Positions 19,534 to 28,390 of a DNA stretch of 64,000 nucleotides are shown here, one piece after another. Position 1 is the first letter of the stretch; each line of letters starts with the position of its first letter. A program made the position numbers and the translations under genes. The notes beneath the pieces are model-generated. The model worked only from the letters and a program-made list of their open reading frames with translations, was not told the origin of the DNA and made no database searches. Source of the stretch: an uncultured Vicinamibacteraceae bacterium (GTDB taxonomy: Bacteria > Acidobacteriota > Vicinamibacteria > Vicinamibacterales > UBA8438); the NCBI GenBank assembly GCA_964646815.1, contig CAZYFH010000017.1, positions 2,624 through 66,623 of the forward strand, in the 5' to 3' direction.

Positions 19534-20820
19534 ATGGGCAAAGGCAACGATTCACGCTCGGCCGGATTCCGGCGCCGCGAAATCCTCAAAGCGGTCGGAT
19601 TCGGGTCGCTGGGACTATCCATCGGAATGCCGATTAGGATCATGGGACAGTCTGCCAACAAAGTCGAGGGCGACCTAGAGATTCACGGCCATTGCGATGA
19701 GCGATTCGCGTCGCTTCGTGACGAGTTCGAACGCAACTTCACCGAGCGCGGCGAAGTCGGCGCCTCGTTCGCCGCCACCGTCGAAGGCGAGTACGTCGTT
19801 GACATCTGGGCGGGGCATCGCGACGAAGCGAAGACACTCCCATGGGAGCAAGACACCATCGCGTGTGTCTTCTCCTCCACGAAAACGATGACGGCGTTGT
19901 CCGCATTGCTGCTCTTCGATCGGGGCGAGCTCAGTTTCGACGATCGGGTCACCAAGTACTGGCCGGAATACGGCCAGAACGGCAAGCAATCCACGGAGAT
20001 TCGCCATTTCATGGGCCACACGGCGGGCTTGCCCGGATTTGGTGAGAAGCTCACGTTGGCGCAACTCTACGACTGGGACTACGCCACCAGCGTGCTCGAG
20101 CGGCAAGAGCCCTGGTGGCAGCCGGGTGAAATGTGCGCCTATCACACGTTGACCCAGGGCTTTCTCGTTGGCGAGATCGTGCGCCGTATCACCGGACAGT
20201 CGTTGGGGACTTTCTTCCGCGAAAACATTGCTAAACCGTTGGATGCCGACTTTCACATCGGTCTCGATCCAACCCACTACGCGCGTACTGCACAAATGCT
20301 GGCGGACCGCGAGTGGGTAGCAGAGCTATCGGAGCCGAGGGAGGAGGACCTTCCCGAGTACATGCGCGGTCGGGAGATGGGTGCGCCTAGCGTCATGCCG
20401 CCGGTGACGAATTCAGACGGCTGGCGGCGGGCTGAGATTCCCGCCGGCAACGGACATGGTAATGCCCGCTCGGTCGTGCGCGCACAGACGGCAGTCGCGA
20501 ACGGCGGTTCGGCATTTGGCGTTAATCTCATCTCACCCGCAGCGATTGAGCAGATCTTTCGGGAGCAAGGCAACATTGTCGGCTCGGACATCAAACACGG
20601 CATCGGCTATGGCCTGAGAAGTGGACCCGTTCATACGGAGGCCATGCAGATGCCGCAAGGAACGAAGGTCTGCTGGTGGTCAGGTTTCGGTGGCTCGACG
20701 ATACTGCTCGATCACACGAACCGAGCGTGCTTGTCCTATGTGATGAACCGTATGCACAGCGGCATCTTCGGGGACATGCGGGGCTCCAACCTGACCGGCG
20801 CATTCTATGAAGGCCTCTAA
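19534..20820 (+). CDS. Serine hydrolase, beta-lactamase (class C/esterase) family, Tat-type signal
   Basis: 428 aa. Twin-arginine RRREILKAVGFGSLGLS. SxxK motif FSSTKTMTAL. Later AYHTLTQGFLVGEIV. Confidence 0.85.
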   Translation: MGKGNDSRSAGFRRREILKAVGFGSLGLSIGMPIRIMGQSANKVEGDLEIHGHCDERFASLRDEFERNFTERGEVGASFAATVEGEYVVDIWAGHRDEAKTLPWEQDTIACVFSSTKTMTALSALLLFDRGELSFDDRVTKYWPEYGQNGKQSTEIRHFMGHTAGLPGFGEKLTLAQLYDWDYATSVLERQEPWWQPGEMCAYHTLTQGFLVGEIVRRITGQSLGTFFRENIAKPLDADFHIGLDPTHYARTAQMLADREWVAELSEPREEDLPEYMRGREMGAPSVMPPVTNSDGWRRAEIPAGNGHGNARSVVRAQTAVANGGSAFGVNLISPAAIEQIFREQGNIVGSDIKHGIGYGLRSGPVHTEAMQMPQGTKVCWWSGFGGSTILLDHTNRACLSYVMNRMHSGIFGDMRGSNLTGAFYEGL

Positions 20821-20821
20821 G

Positions 20822-20968
20822 GAGAACATCGCAGCAAGAGCCCAGGTCGCTGCCGTCGTGTTGAACTATCACTTCGGCTCGCGCGCCGGGATGTTGCGCG
20901 AACTGATGGCAGCACAGGTGCAGGACTTTTTTTGTCACGCCTGTCTGTACCGACACCAGCACCCGTAA
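20822..20968 (+). pseudogene. Relic of a TetR-family regulator (second half of the HTH only)
   Basis: ENIAARAQVAAVVLNYHFGSRAGMLRELM... matches the IA..AGV....(L/I)NYHFGSK..L helix 3 region. There is no start codon or first helix upstream, and the frame stops after 49 codons. Confidence 0.45.
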
Positions 20969-21185
20969 CAGCCATGTGTGGAGTGCGGTCCGAGCCGAGA
21001 CGCCCGGCCGGCAAGGCGTGACGAGGGAGCATGTTCCGTATATGTAACCGAGGAACACCGCTGGCAGGCGGTATGCCCCGGCCGGAAATCGCTCTACAAA
21101 TGGCTATTACAGGCCACTAGTTCCCCGGCCTCGACAGTCCTGGTGGCCTTCGCGACACGAGCACGCGAGTAACACCGGGGGTAGG

Positions 21186-21228
21186 GCGGGGCTGGTCGAC
21201 GGTCCTCGGCTCCGTCGGCCAGCCCCGC
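21186..21228. terminator. 17-bp GC-rich inverted repeat (one G-T mismatch, 9-nt loop) immediately 3' of the minus-strand gene ending at 21236
   Basis: GCGGGGCTGGTCGACGG-tcctcggct-CCGTCGGCCAGCCCCGC. No U-tract follows on either strand, so it may be a stabiliser or an atypical terminator. Confidence 0.35.
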
Positions 21229-21235
21229 GGGTTCG

Positions 21236-22402
21236 CTAGCGGGACGGGGTCTCAGTGACAGGCCGGGGGTTCCAACGCCCTTCGGGCACGGCTGCCAGAC
21301 CGGCCCCGATCACTTGCACCCAGTCGCCTTCGAGAACCGCCAGCGCTGAAGCGTCAAGCTGACCGGCGTCCTCGCTGCCCAGAAGCTCCGCGACGAGATC
21401 CGGCGATTCCGGTGGGTCGGGCGCCGATTCAACGACCTCGGCGTCATCGTCGTCCGCCCCCGACGACGGGTCGGTTACAGGCGCGGCTAGCTGCACCGTC
21501 GTACCGCCGGCGCTGATGAGACGGGCCTGGTCGCCGGCGATCGCCGATGGATCACCTTCCGCATCGCCGTCCTCTACAGCGGAAAGCGGGGGGTCCCGCG
21601 GAGTCGCGACGGGACCGAGGAGTCGAGCTTCATCGTCAGCGACCGCTGACGAGCGATCCTCCGTTTCCGTGACGCCCTCGATGCCCACGCCGGTCGCCTC
21701 AGGCGGCGGCGCGGCAATCACATCGCCATGCTCGTCGGAGAGAGGCGCGGCAGGCACCACTGGTGCCACGGTCACCCCGGCCGTGGACGCCGGCGGATCG
21801 GCTACCACCAGCGAGTCGGTCGTCGGCTCGGCCGCAACGCCGTCGCGGTCCGCCGGCGCAGTTACCGCCGCCTGATTCACCGGCATGCCGTCGTCAAGCT
21901 CCACCGCCATTGCATTCGTGAGCTGCGTCGTGATCTCGTGCGAGATCGCCTTCAGCCGGACCATCGCGATGCGGGTGACGGTCTCACGGATCGGCTCGAA
22001 GAGTTCGGTCAGATCCAATTGGACGCTGTTCGCGCGATCGGGGCTCTGGCGGAGTTCAGCGATCTGACGCTCGAGCGCAGCGATCCGGTCCTGAGCCGCT
22101 GCCTGCTGCTCGAGCAGCCGATCGCGGTCCTGCTGCACCGCGCGCTCCATGACGAAGTACCCCCCTCCGAAGGACCCGGCCACTGCCGTGAGGGTGAGGA
22201 TGAGCGCCTGGGTCACGATTCGTGATGCTGGGGAGACCGTCCGGCTCCGATGGGCCAGCCCAGGCGTCACCGGTATCTCTTGGGCCTCGGTCGGTTGGAC
22301 GAGGTCAGTGACGACGTCACTGACCTCGTCACTGACCTCGTCACTGCTGGATGGGTTGGTCGCCGGCTCATGACCGGTGTCTGGTTTTGCGTTGTCTATC
22401 AT
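21236..22402 (-). CDS. Hypothetical bitopic membrane protein: acidic N-terminus, one TM helix, coiled coil, Ala/Pro/Asp-rich tail
   Basis: ATG at 22402 is preceded by GGAGGAGGG (the track start at 22477 was trimmed). TM segment IVTQALILTLTAVAGSFGGGYFV. Heptad-like LLEQQAAAQDRIAALERQIAELRQ. No family recognised. Confidence 0.55.
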   Translation of the reverse strand: MIDNAKPDTGHEPATNPSSSDEVSDEVSDVVTDLVQPTEAQEIPVTPGLAHRSRTVSPASRIVTQALILTLTAVAGSFGGGYFVMERAVQQDRDRLLEQQAAAQDRIAALERQIAELRQSPDRANSVQLDLTELFEPIRETVTRIAMVRLKAISHEITTQLTNAMAVELDDGMPVNQAAVTAPADRDGVAAEPTTDSLVVADPPASTAGVTVAPVVPAAPLSDEHGDVIAAPPPEATGVGIEGVTETEDRSSAVADDEARLLGPVATPRDPPLSAVEDGDAEGDPSAIAGDQARLISAGGTTVQLAAPVTDPSSGADDDDAEVVESAPDPPESPDLVAELLGSEDAGQLDASALAVLEGDWVQVIGAGLAAVPEGRWNPRPVTETPSR

Positions 22403-22919
22403 TGACCCTCCTCCTAGTGGTGAACCGCTGCAAAGGGCGCCGCTGTAACGCGCGCCGCGCGTCATCATTCGAAGCATCGGTTGCCAGGGCGCGGAAAGCG
22501 CCTTCCGTCATTGCCGTCGCCCGAATGAAAAGGCACGTCCTGGAGACGTCGCCAGCCCCGTTCCGTGCAAGTTGCGACACGATCCGATGACGGCCTGGAA
22601 GTGAGCCGTCACAAAGGAAGGGTGAGCCCAGACCTAAATGCCCAGGTGCATTATAGAGTCGGTGCCGTTCGTGTCAAGAGCGAAGCAAGACAAAACCACG
22701 AAGCCAAGTACGCCCTCGCCGTTGCGAAGGTCGGCCGCCTGCGCACGGAAATGTCTCGTAATGATCGCGCACCAGCTGACACACGACGCTCCGCGCGGGT
22801 TGCCGTGGTTGGTACGTCGTCGATGGCATGGGCACGCCCGACGGAGCGCGGAGCCCATGCAAAGCGACGCAACAACCGAAAACTTGAGAAATCGTGCGTG
22901 GCAGTTTGTACGAAGAGAG

Positions 22920-24407
22920 CTAACGTCGGCGGGGACGCGACGGGCGGCGGCTACTACCGCGACGCGGGCCGCCGGGCCGGTCGGACTTGCGCACGGCGGG
23001 GGGGCGGCTCATCGCCGAGGCGGGGGCGCCAGCCGGCGGCACCGGCAGGGCGTGTAGCGTCTGCTGGTAGTAGTCGTCGAGTAGCATGGCGATGAGCGCC
23101 GACTCGTCTTCGTTGTCGGCAAGCGCGCGCGCGAGCGGCACGAAGCGCGCACTCCGCTCGGTCTTGAGCTTGTCGCGCTCGCGGAACCGGGCCTCGAGCA
23201 GCGTCGTCACCCGCTCGCTAACGATCGCGGCCACGTCGGCGTCCGTCGGTGCGAGACGCTTGTGGAACCCGACACCGTAGCGCTTGGCGATGTTATCGAT
23301 CTCCAGTGTTTCCGCCTCGGTCACCAGCGAGAGCGCGATCCCCTCGGCGCCGGCCCGGCCCGTCCGACCGGCGCGGTGGATGTAGTCCTCGGCATCCTCC
23401 GGCGGCTCGTACTGGATGACGTGCGACAGCTCGGGGATGTCGAGCCCGCGCGAGGCGACGTCGGTCGCCACAAGAAAACGCAGGTTGCCCTCGCGTACGC
23501 GTTTGAGGATCTGCTCGCGGTCGCTCTGCGACCGGTCGGCGCTCAGCTCGTCGGCGTCATAGCCGAACCGCTGCAGCACGACCGTCACGTAGTGCACGTT
23601 CGCCTTGGTATTACAGAAGATGAACGCCGACGCCGGGTTCTCTACTTCGATGATGCGCACGAGCGCCCGGTCCTTCTCCATCGCCGGCACGATGTAGAAG
23701 ATGTGCTCGGTGTCGGTGACGTGGACGTGGTCGCGGCTGAGCGTCAGGAACTGTGGCTCGGCAATGAACTCCCGTGCGGTGCGCATAACTGAGTCCGGGA
23801 AGGTGGCCGAGAACATGCTCGTGTGAATCGCCCGGCTCGGGAGATAGGACTGCACCTCCTTCATGTCGGGATAAAACCCCATCGACAGCATCCGGTCGGC
23901 CTCGTCGAAGACGAGCATCGAGAGGTGGTCGAGCGAGAACGTCCGACGCAGGAGGTGATCGAGCGCGCGACCGGGTGTGGCCACGACCAAGTGCGCGCCA
24001 CCACGCAGTGCATCGATCTGCGGACCGTAGCCGACGCCCCCGTAGACGGCGACCGTCCGGAACCCGGTATCGGCCCACAGCGTTTCGGCGTCCTGGCGCA
24101 CCTGCCGCGCTAGCTCCCGTGTCGGCACCAGCACCAGCGCTTGGCAACGAGCCTTGTTGGGATCGAGGCGCTCGAGCATCGGGAGCAGAAACGCTGCGGT
24201 CTTTCCACTCCCGGTCCGGGCCTGGATGACGATGTCGCGCCCGGCCAGCAGATACGGAATCCCGCGCGCCTGGACCGGCATGAGCTCGGTCCAGCGGGGC
24301 CGCGCCACCGCATCTCTGAGCCGATCGGGAAGACCCTCGATCGTCACTTCGGGAAGCGGATTCGTAGGCTCTTCGAGCGTCTGGTGCTGTACGTTGGGTG
24401 GCGTCAC
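22920..24407 (-). CDS. DEAD-box ATP-dependent RNA helicase
   Basis: 495 aa. Q motif/Walker A ...PVQARGIPYLLAGRDIVIQARTGSGKTAAF, DEAD box VFDEADRML, SAT (FSATFP), HRAGRTGRAG, and an Arg-rich C-terminal tail. Confidence 0.95.
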   Translation of the reverse strand: MTPPNVQHQTLEEPTNPLPEVTIEGLPDRLRDAVARPRWTELMPVQARGIPYLLAGRDIVIQARTGSGKTAAFLLPMLERLDPNKARCQALVLVPTRELARQVRQDAETLWADTGFRTVAVYGGVGYGPQIDALRGGAHLVVATPGRALDHLLRRTFSLDHLSMLVFDEADRMLSMGFYPDMKEVQSYLPSRAIHTSMFSATFPDSVMRTAREFIAEPQFLTLSRDHVHVTDTEHIFYIVPAMEKDRALVRIIEVENPASAFIFCNTKANVHYVTVVLQRFGYDADELSADRSQSDREQILKRVREGNLRFLVATDVASRGLDIPELSHVIQYEPPEDAEDYIHRAGRTGRAGAEGIALSLVTEAETLEIDNIAKRYGVGFHKRLAPTDADVAAIVSERVTTLLEARFRERDKLKTERSARFVPLARALADNEDESALIAMLLDDYYQQTLHALPVPPAGAPASAMSRPPAVRKSDRPGGPRRGSSRRPSRPRRR

Positions 24408-24448
24408 GGGCCTTTCCTAGACTGCGTCATTCTACAATTCCCCTTGAC

Positions 24449-24924
24449 ATGATGCGCGCCATGATCGTTCTGGCTCATCGTCTCGCCGCGTGTCTCACCC
24501 TCGTGACGCTCGCATCCGCCGTCGCGTCGGCGCTGCTCGGCCCGACCCAGGCCGAGTTGAACGAGGCTGGTTCGACGACAGATTGTCTGCTGACCGGCCA
24601 CTATTACCGCGGACAGCGTTTCGTCGATCTCGACGAGATCACCGCAGATAACGTCAGCACACTGGCGGAACAGTCTACCTACGAATCGGGATATGACGGT
24701 GCCTCGCACACGAACCCGCTCGTGCGGAATGGCGTGATGTATCTCACCTTGGGCGCGACGGAACCGTCCTGCATCGAATATCGGTAGGCGCCACCATTCA
24801 AGAGGGCATCATCAGTTGTGTCGTCGACGGCACACAGTACGTCGCCGTCATGACGGGCAACACCTCCGCGCTTTGGCCGACAGAGCCGGCCGTCGCCAAG
24901 GCCATCGTCTTCGCGCTGCCGTAA
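24449..24924 (+). pseudogene. Deletion remnant of a PQQ-dependent alcohol/glucose dehydrogenase (N-terminal ~110 codons joined to the last ~42 codons in another frame)
   Basis: N-terminal piece: signal peptide MMRAMIVLAHRLAACLTLVTLASAVA, then LLTGHYYRGQRFVDLDEITADNVSTLAEQSTYESGYDGASHTNPLVRNGVMYLT. After the stop at 24785-24787, a different frame reads QEGIISCVVDGTQYVAVMTGNTSALWPTEPAVAKAIVFALP*, the typical last blade. About 450 internal codons are missing. Confidence 0.6.
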
Positions 24925-25011
24925 CGCTGCCCCCCCCCGTATCCGGCACCGCCGGTCGGCAGTTGGCGCTTACACCGATCCCACCAGGCTTGCGGGGACA
25001 TAGCCAGTAAG

Positions 25012-25030
25012 ATATTGTAATTTACAATAT
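25012..25030. promoter_or_regulatory. Perfect palindrome ATATTGTAA-t-TTACAATAT overlapping the antitoxin start codon; putative autoregulatory operator of the TA module
   Basis: 9-nt arms with a 1-nt spacer, read directly. It lies in a ~50-bp AT-rich patch with further ACAATA repeats (25036-25060), in an otherwise GC-rich locus. Confidence 0.5.
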
Positions 25031-25301
25031 GAAAACAATATCAATAACAATAGACGAAGGTCTCCTCGGAAGGATCGACCGGGCTGCAAAGTCGGCGCGT
25101 CGGACGCGGTCGGAGATCTTCCGAATGGCCCTGCGCGACTGGCTCGCCGCTGGAAGGCGTCGGCAGATGGTGGCGGAGGATCGTGCGGGATACAAGGCCC
25201 ACCCGGTGGACGCCCAGGAGTTTGCGGGGTTGATCGCCACCCAGGTTATCGAGTCCGATCGGCAAGACGACGACCAAGGCGGCAGCGGGCCAGGGTGGTG
25301 A
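25029..25301 (+). CDS. Ribbon-helix-helix (CopG/MazE-like) antitoxin
   Basis: 90 aa. MKTISITIDEGLLGRIDRAAKSARRTRSEIFRMALRDWL is a typical RHH N-terminus. The 3' end overlaps the toxin gene by 7 nt. Confidence 0.8.
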   Translation: MKTISITIDEGLLGRIDRAAKSARRTRSEIFRMALRDWLAAGRRRQMVAEDRAGYKAHPVDAQEFAGLIATQVIESDRQDDDQGGSGPGW

Positions 25302-25612
25302 GGCGGGGCGAGATCTGGATGTTCCGGTTCGTGGCATCCGACAAGCAGCGACCGGTCCTCGTCCTCACTCGGTCGGACATGGTGCCCGTCCTGAACACGG
25401 TGACGGTCGCACCGTGCACGCGGACAGTGCGCGGTGTTGGATCGGAAGTGGTCGTCGGGATCGAGTGCGGTCTCAAAGTGCCTTCCGCAATCAACCTTCA
25501 CCATGTCGTGACCGTCCCGAAGGCAGGGCTTCGCCGTTTCGTCGGGACTGTGCCACCGGCGGCGCTGGCACAGGTCCGTTCCGCCCTGCTCTTCGCCCTC
25601 GGGCTCGAGTGA
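25295..25612 (+). CDS. PemK/MazF family toxin (endoribonuclease type)
   Basis: 105 aa. RRGEIWMFRF...KQRPVLVLTRSDMVPVLNTVTVAPCTRTVRGVGSEVVV...VPSAINLHHVVTVPKAGL follows the RGdIw...RPvlVls...v.v.piT pattern. GTG start overlaps the antitoxin stop. Confidence 0.85.
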   Translation: MVRRGEIWMFRFVASDKQRPVLVLTRSDMVPVLNTVTVAPCTRTVRGVGSEVVVGIECGLKVPSAINLHHVVTVPKAGLRRFVGTVPPAALAQVRSALLFALGLE

Positions 25613-25623
25613 CGAGACCCCTC

Positions 25624-26407
25624 ATGCCACTGTGCCCAGACGAGTTCGAAGACCGATACGCCCGACCGCATGGCGACGCGACACGCCGTGCGGAACGCAC
25701 CGTCCTGGGTCACGAGGCTGGCCTAAACGGCTACACCACGCTTGCACAGGCCGAGGCGCTGCACGAGGTGCTGCAGGTCACGCGGGGCCGACGCCTCCTG
25801 GACCTCGGGTGTGGCTACGGGTGGCCTGGCGTCCACATCGCGCAGCGCGACGGAGTCGACCTGGTCTCCAGCGATGTTCCCGTAGACGCGTTACGCGAGG
25901 CGATGACGGACGCGAACAGGTACCAACTTCGCGGATGAACCGCGGCCGCGGCCAACGGTCGCCGGCTGCCGTTTCGCTCGCTCGCCTTCGACGCCATCGT
26001 GCGCGCCGATGCGTTCTGTTGAATCGAGGACAAGCTCTCCGTGTGGAGAGAATGCCATCGCGTCCTGAAGCCGGGCGGTCGTATCGCCGGCTATGTCATC
26101 CATACTGTGGCGGGTCTGGCCGCCGACGACGAGCAGCGGGCGTCCGCACTCGGGCCACCGCACGTCGCTGGTTCGACGGTGCACCTGGCGTGGTCAGGGG
26201 GGTTCTGCGACGTGACGCTGCAGGACGTCACCGACCTCTTCCGGTCCACCTGCGAAGCGCTCCTCGAGGCGCGCGACCGGTGGAAACTCGAGTTGCGTGC
26301 GGAACTGGGTAATGAGGAGTACGCGGAGCGTCGCGGGCGAGGCGATGCTGACCGGCATTCGCGAAGGGTTGCTGCTGCGCTCTCTGGTCGCCGGCCGGAA
26401 GCCGTGA
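25624..26407 (+). pseudogene. Class I SAM-dependent methyltransferase interrupted by two in-frame TGA codons and a probable C-terminal frameshift
   Basis: RRLLDLGCGYGWPGVHIA (motif I) ... RYQLRG-TGA(25936)-TAAAANGRRLPFRSLAFDAIVRADAFC-TGA(26020)-IEDKLSVWRECHRVLKPGGRIAGYV, all in one frame. A plausible C-terminus, EAMLTGIREGLLLRSLVAGRKP* (stop 26405-26407), is in the +1 frame from about 26330. Confidence 0.7.
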
Positions 26408-26415
26408 GGATCGGA

Positions 26416-28221
26416 TCAGTCGACGCCGAAGGCGAGCAGCACGTTGCCAGGGCGCCCGCCGAACATGGCGTACCCGGAGGTCACGTAGACCATTCCGTCG
26501 ACGACGACCGCCCCTGGCCCGTTGATCGATCCGCCCTTCGCCTCGACGCCGTTGACGGTGTCGTACTCGCCGTTCGTGTCGTATTGCCAGAGCACCGCTC
26601 CAGCGTCCGATGAGTAGGCGCGCAAGGTACCGTCGAACGCCCCCGAGAACACCGCGCCCGGAATCGCGGTGACGGCCGCGAGCTGCGCCGCGCGGCACCC
26701 GTCGCAGACCGGCTCCCGTGGGTCGGCGTACCACACCAGCTCGCCGGTCCGCAGACGTACCGCGGCGAGACCACCGGGCTGCGGGCCGAGGTAATCCGAG
26801 TTGGCGAAATACGCCATCTCATCGTCCACGGCGAAGCCCCACTCGATACCGCCGAGCGCGCTTCCCTCGCCGACGCGGTACTGCCACACGATTGCGCCGT
26901 CGCGGTCCGGGTCGAGCCCGTAGCCCACACCGGACTTCTGGCCGATCACGAGCAGGTCGCGCCCGTTCGACATTGTGACAAGCACCGGCGAGGAGCCGAA
27001 GTCGAAGTCGGGGCCGTCCTCTTCGGGGCAGTTCGCGTTCTCACGCCCCCTGCAGATGATGAAGACGTCGCCCGGAGTGAGCTGATTCGACCATCGCACG
27101 GCGCCCGTCTCGAGGTCGAAGGCGATGATCGCGTCGCTCGTCGCGGCCGCCGGCTCGGTGTACGCATTGCCAGTCGCCCCATAGACGAGACCACGCTCGA
27201 CGTCGATCGTCGGTGCCGACCAGATGGCGGCACCCGAGGGTCCCATGAGAAAGGCGCCGTCCGGGTTCCGCCCGCGCGGACTTGGCGCCTCGGCGATGGC
27301 GTAGCTCTTCCAGGTCACCTGCCCGGTCGCCGCGTCGAGGGCGACGATGCTGCCGCGAAACGTGCAGCAGGCGTACGCCGGATTCGCCGCGAACACTTCT
27401 TCGAGTGAGGAGACCGGAACGTAGAGCCGGCCGCCGTAATAGGTGGGCGCACCGGTAATCCGTGCGGCCTCGTGATCGTCGACATCGATCACCCACAGCA
27501 ACGCTCCCGTTGCCGCGTCGAGCGCGTACACGTTGGCGGTGGCATCCCCGAAGTAGATCGCCTGTCGACCGTCCGGAAGTCGGCTCACGGTCATGGCGCT
27601 GCGCACACCGCTCTTGGCCGCATACGACCAATGGGTGCACCCAGTCGCCGCGTCGAGCGCGTACACCTCACCGCGCTGGCTTCCGACGAACAACCGACCA
27701 CCGACGACCGTCGGCTGGGCTGACGCCGCGGCCGCGTCAGGGAACCCGAACGCCCACTTGAGGCTCAAGCGGGGAACAGCGCCGGCGGTCAGGCCCGCCT
27801 GGTCGGCTGTCTGGAACCGCCTATTCCGGATGCCACCCCCCCAGCCGTTCCACTCGGGACCGCTCCCCAGACCGGGCCAGGCAGCTGTGGCCGCGCAGTT
27901 ACCGGCGTCCGGAGCGGCGGCGCTGCCAGCGATGGCCCGCCCGGTGACGAACTCAGCCACGGCCCGGTGCTCCGCTGCACTCAAATCGGCGCCTTGCTCA
28001 CGCATCGCACCTGTGGCCAGCGCCGTAACAATCACTTCGGGCGCCAGGGACCGCATCGTGCTCATCGCGAGCGCGCGCGGCACGACGTCACTGAAATGGC
28101 AGGAGGCACAATGCTCGTCGAAGAGCGCCGAGCCGTTCGGCGTCTGCCCCGCGGCCGGCAACGGTGTGAACGCGGCCAGGAGACCGGTGAAGACGACGAG
28201 GACGAGCGCCGATCGGTTCAT
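26416..28221 (-). CDS. Cytochrome c-fused PQQ-like beta-propeller dehydrogenase (polyvinyl-alcohol-dehydrogenase-like architecture)
   Basis: Trimmed from track ORF 26416..28767 to the ATG at 28221 (GGAGG 5 nt upstream). Signal peptide MNRSALVLVVFTGLLAAFTPLPAAGQ. Haem motif FDEHCASCHFS. Then propeller blades (GGRLFVGSQRGEVYALDAATGCTHW..., ANVYALDAATGALLW..., IVALDAATGQVTW...). Confidence 0.8.
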   Translation of the reverse strand: MNRSALVLVVFTGLLAAFTPLPAAGQTPNGSALFDEHCASCHFSDVVPRALAMSTMRSLAPEVIVTALATGAMREQGADLSAAEHRAVAEFVTGRAIAGSAAAPDAGNCAATAAWPGLGSGPEWNGWGGGIRNRRFQTADQAGLTAGAVPRLSLKWAFGFPDAAAASAQPTVVGGRLFVGSQRGEVYALDAATGCTHWSYAAKSGVRSAMTVSRLPDGRQAIYFGDATANVYALDAATGALLWVIDVDDHEAARITGAPTYYGGRLYVPVSSLEEVFAANPAYACCTFRGSIVALDAATGQVTWKSYAIAEAPSPRGRNPDGAFLMGPSGAAIWSAPTIDVERGLVYGATGNAYTEPAAATSDAIIAFDLETGAVRWSNQLTPGDVFIICRGRENANCPEEDGPDFDFGSSPVLVTMSNGRDLLVIGQKSGVGYGLDPDRDGAIVWQYRVGEGSALGGIEWGFAVDDEMAYFANSDYLGPQPGGLAAVRLRTGELVWYADPREPVCDGCRAAQLAAVTAIPGAVFSGAFDGTLRAYSSDAGAVLWQYDTNGEYDTVNGVEAKGGSINGPGAVVVDGMVYVTSGYAMFGGRPGNVLLAFGVD

Positions 28222-28390
28222 TGCACCTCCTTCAGCGGTTACCGAGTCGATAACCCGGTGCGCTCCCCCCTCCCACGCCCCCAATGTTCGAGGGTCCCCG
28301 ATAATACCGCCTCCTGCTTGGCCTGACGAAGCCACACTCTTGAGCGAACGACGCGACGGCGGTACGCTGTCCACGCACGGGAGGCACGAC

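Noticed and set aside
25936-26022. TGA read as selenocysteine, or an alternative genetic code.
   Set aside because: TGA terminates several clearly complete genes in the window. Other relics carry TAG (5143..5145) and TAA (62996..62998) lesions and frameshifts. I saw no SECIS-like element. Pseudogenisation is the simpler explanation.
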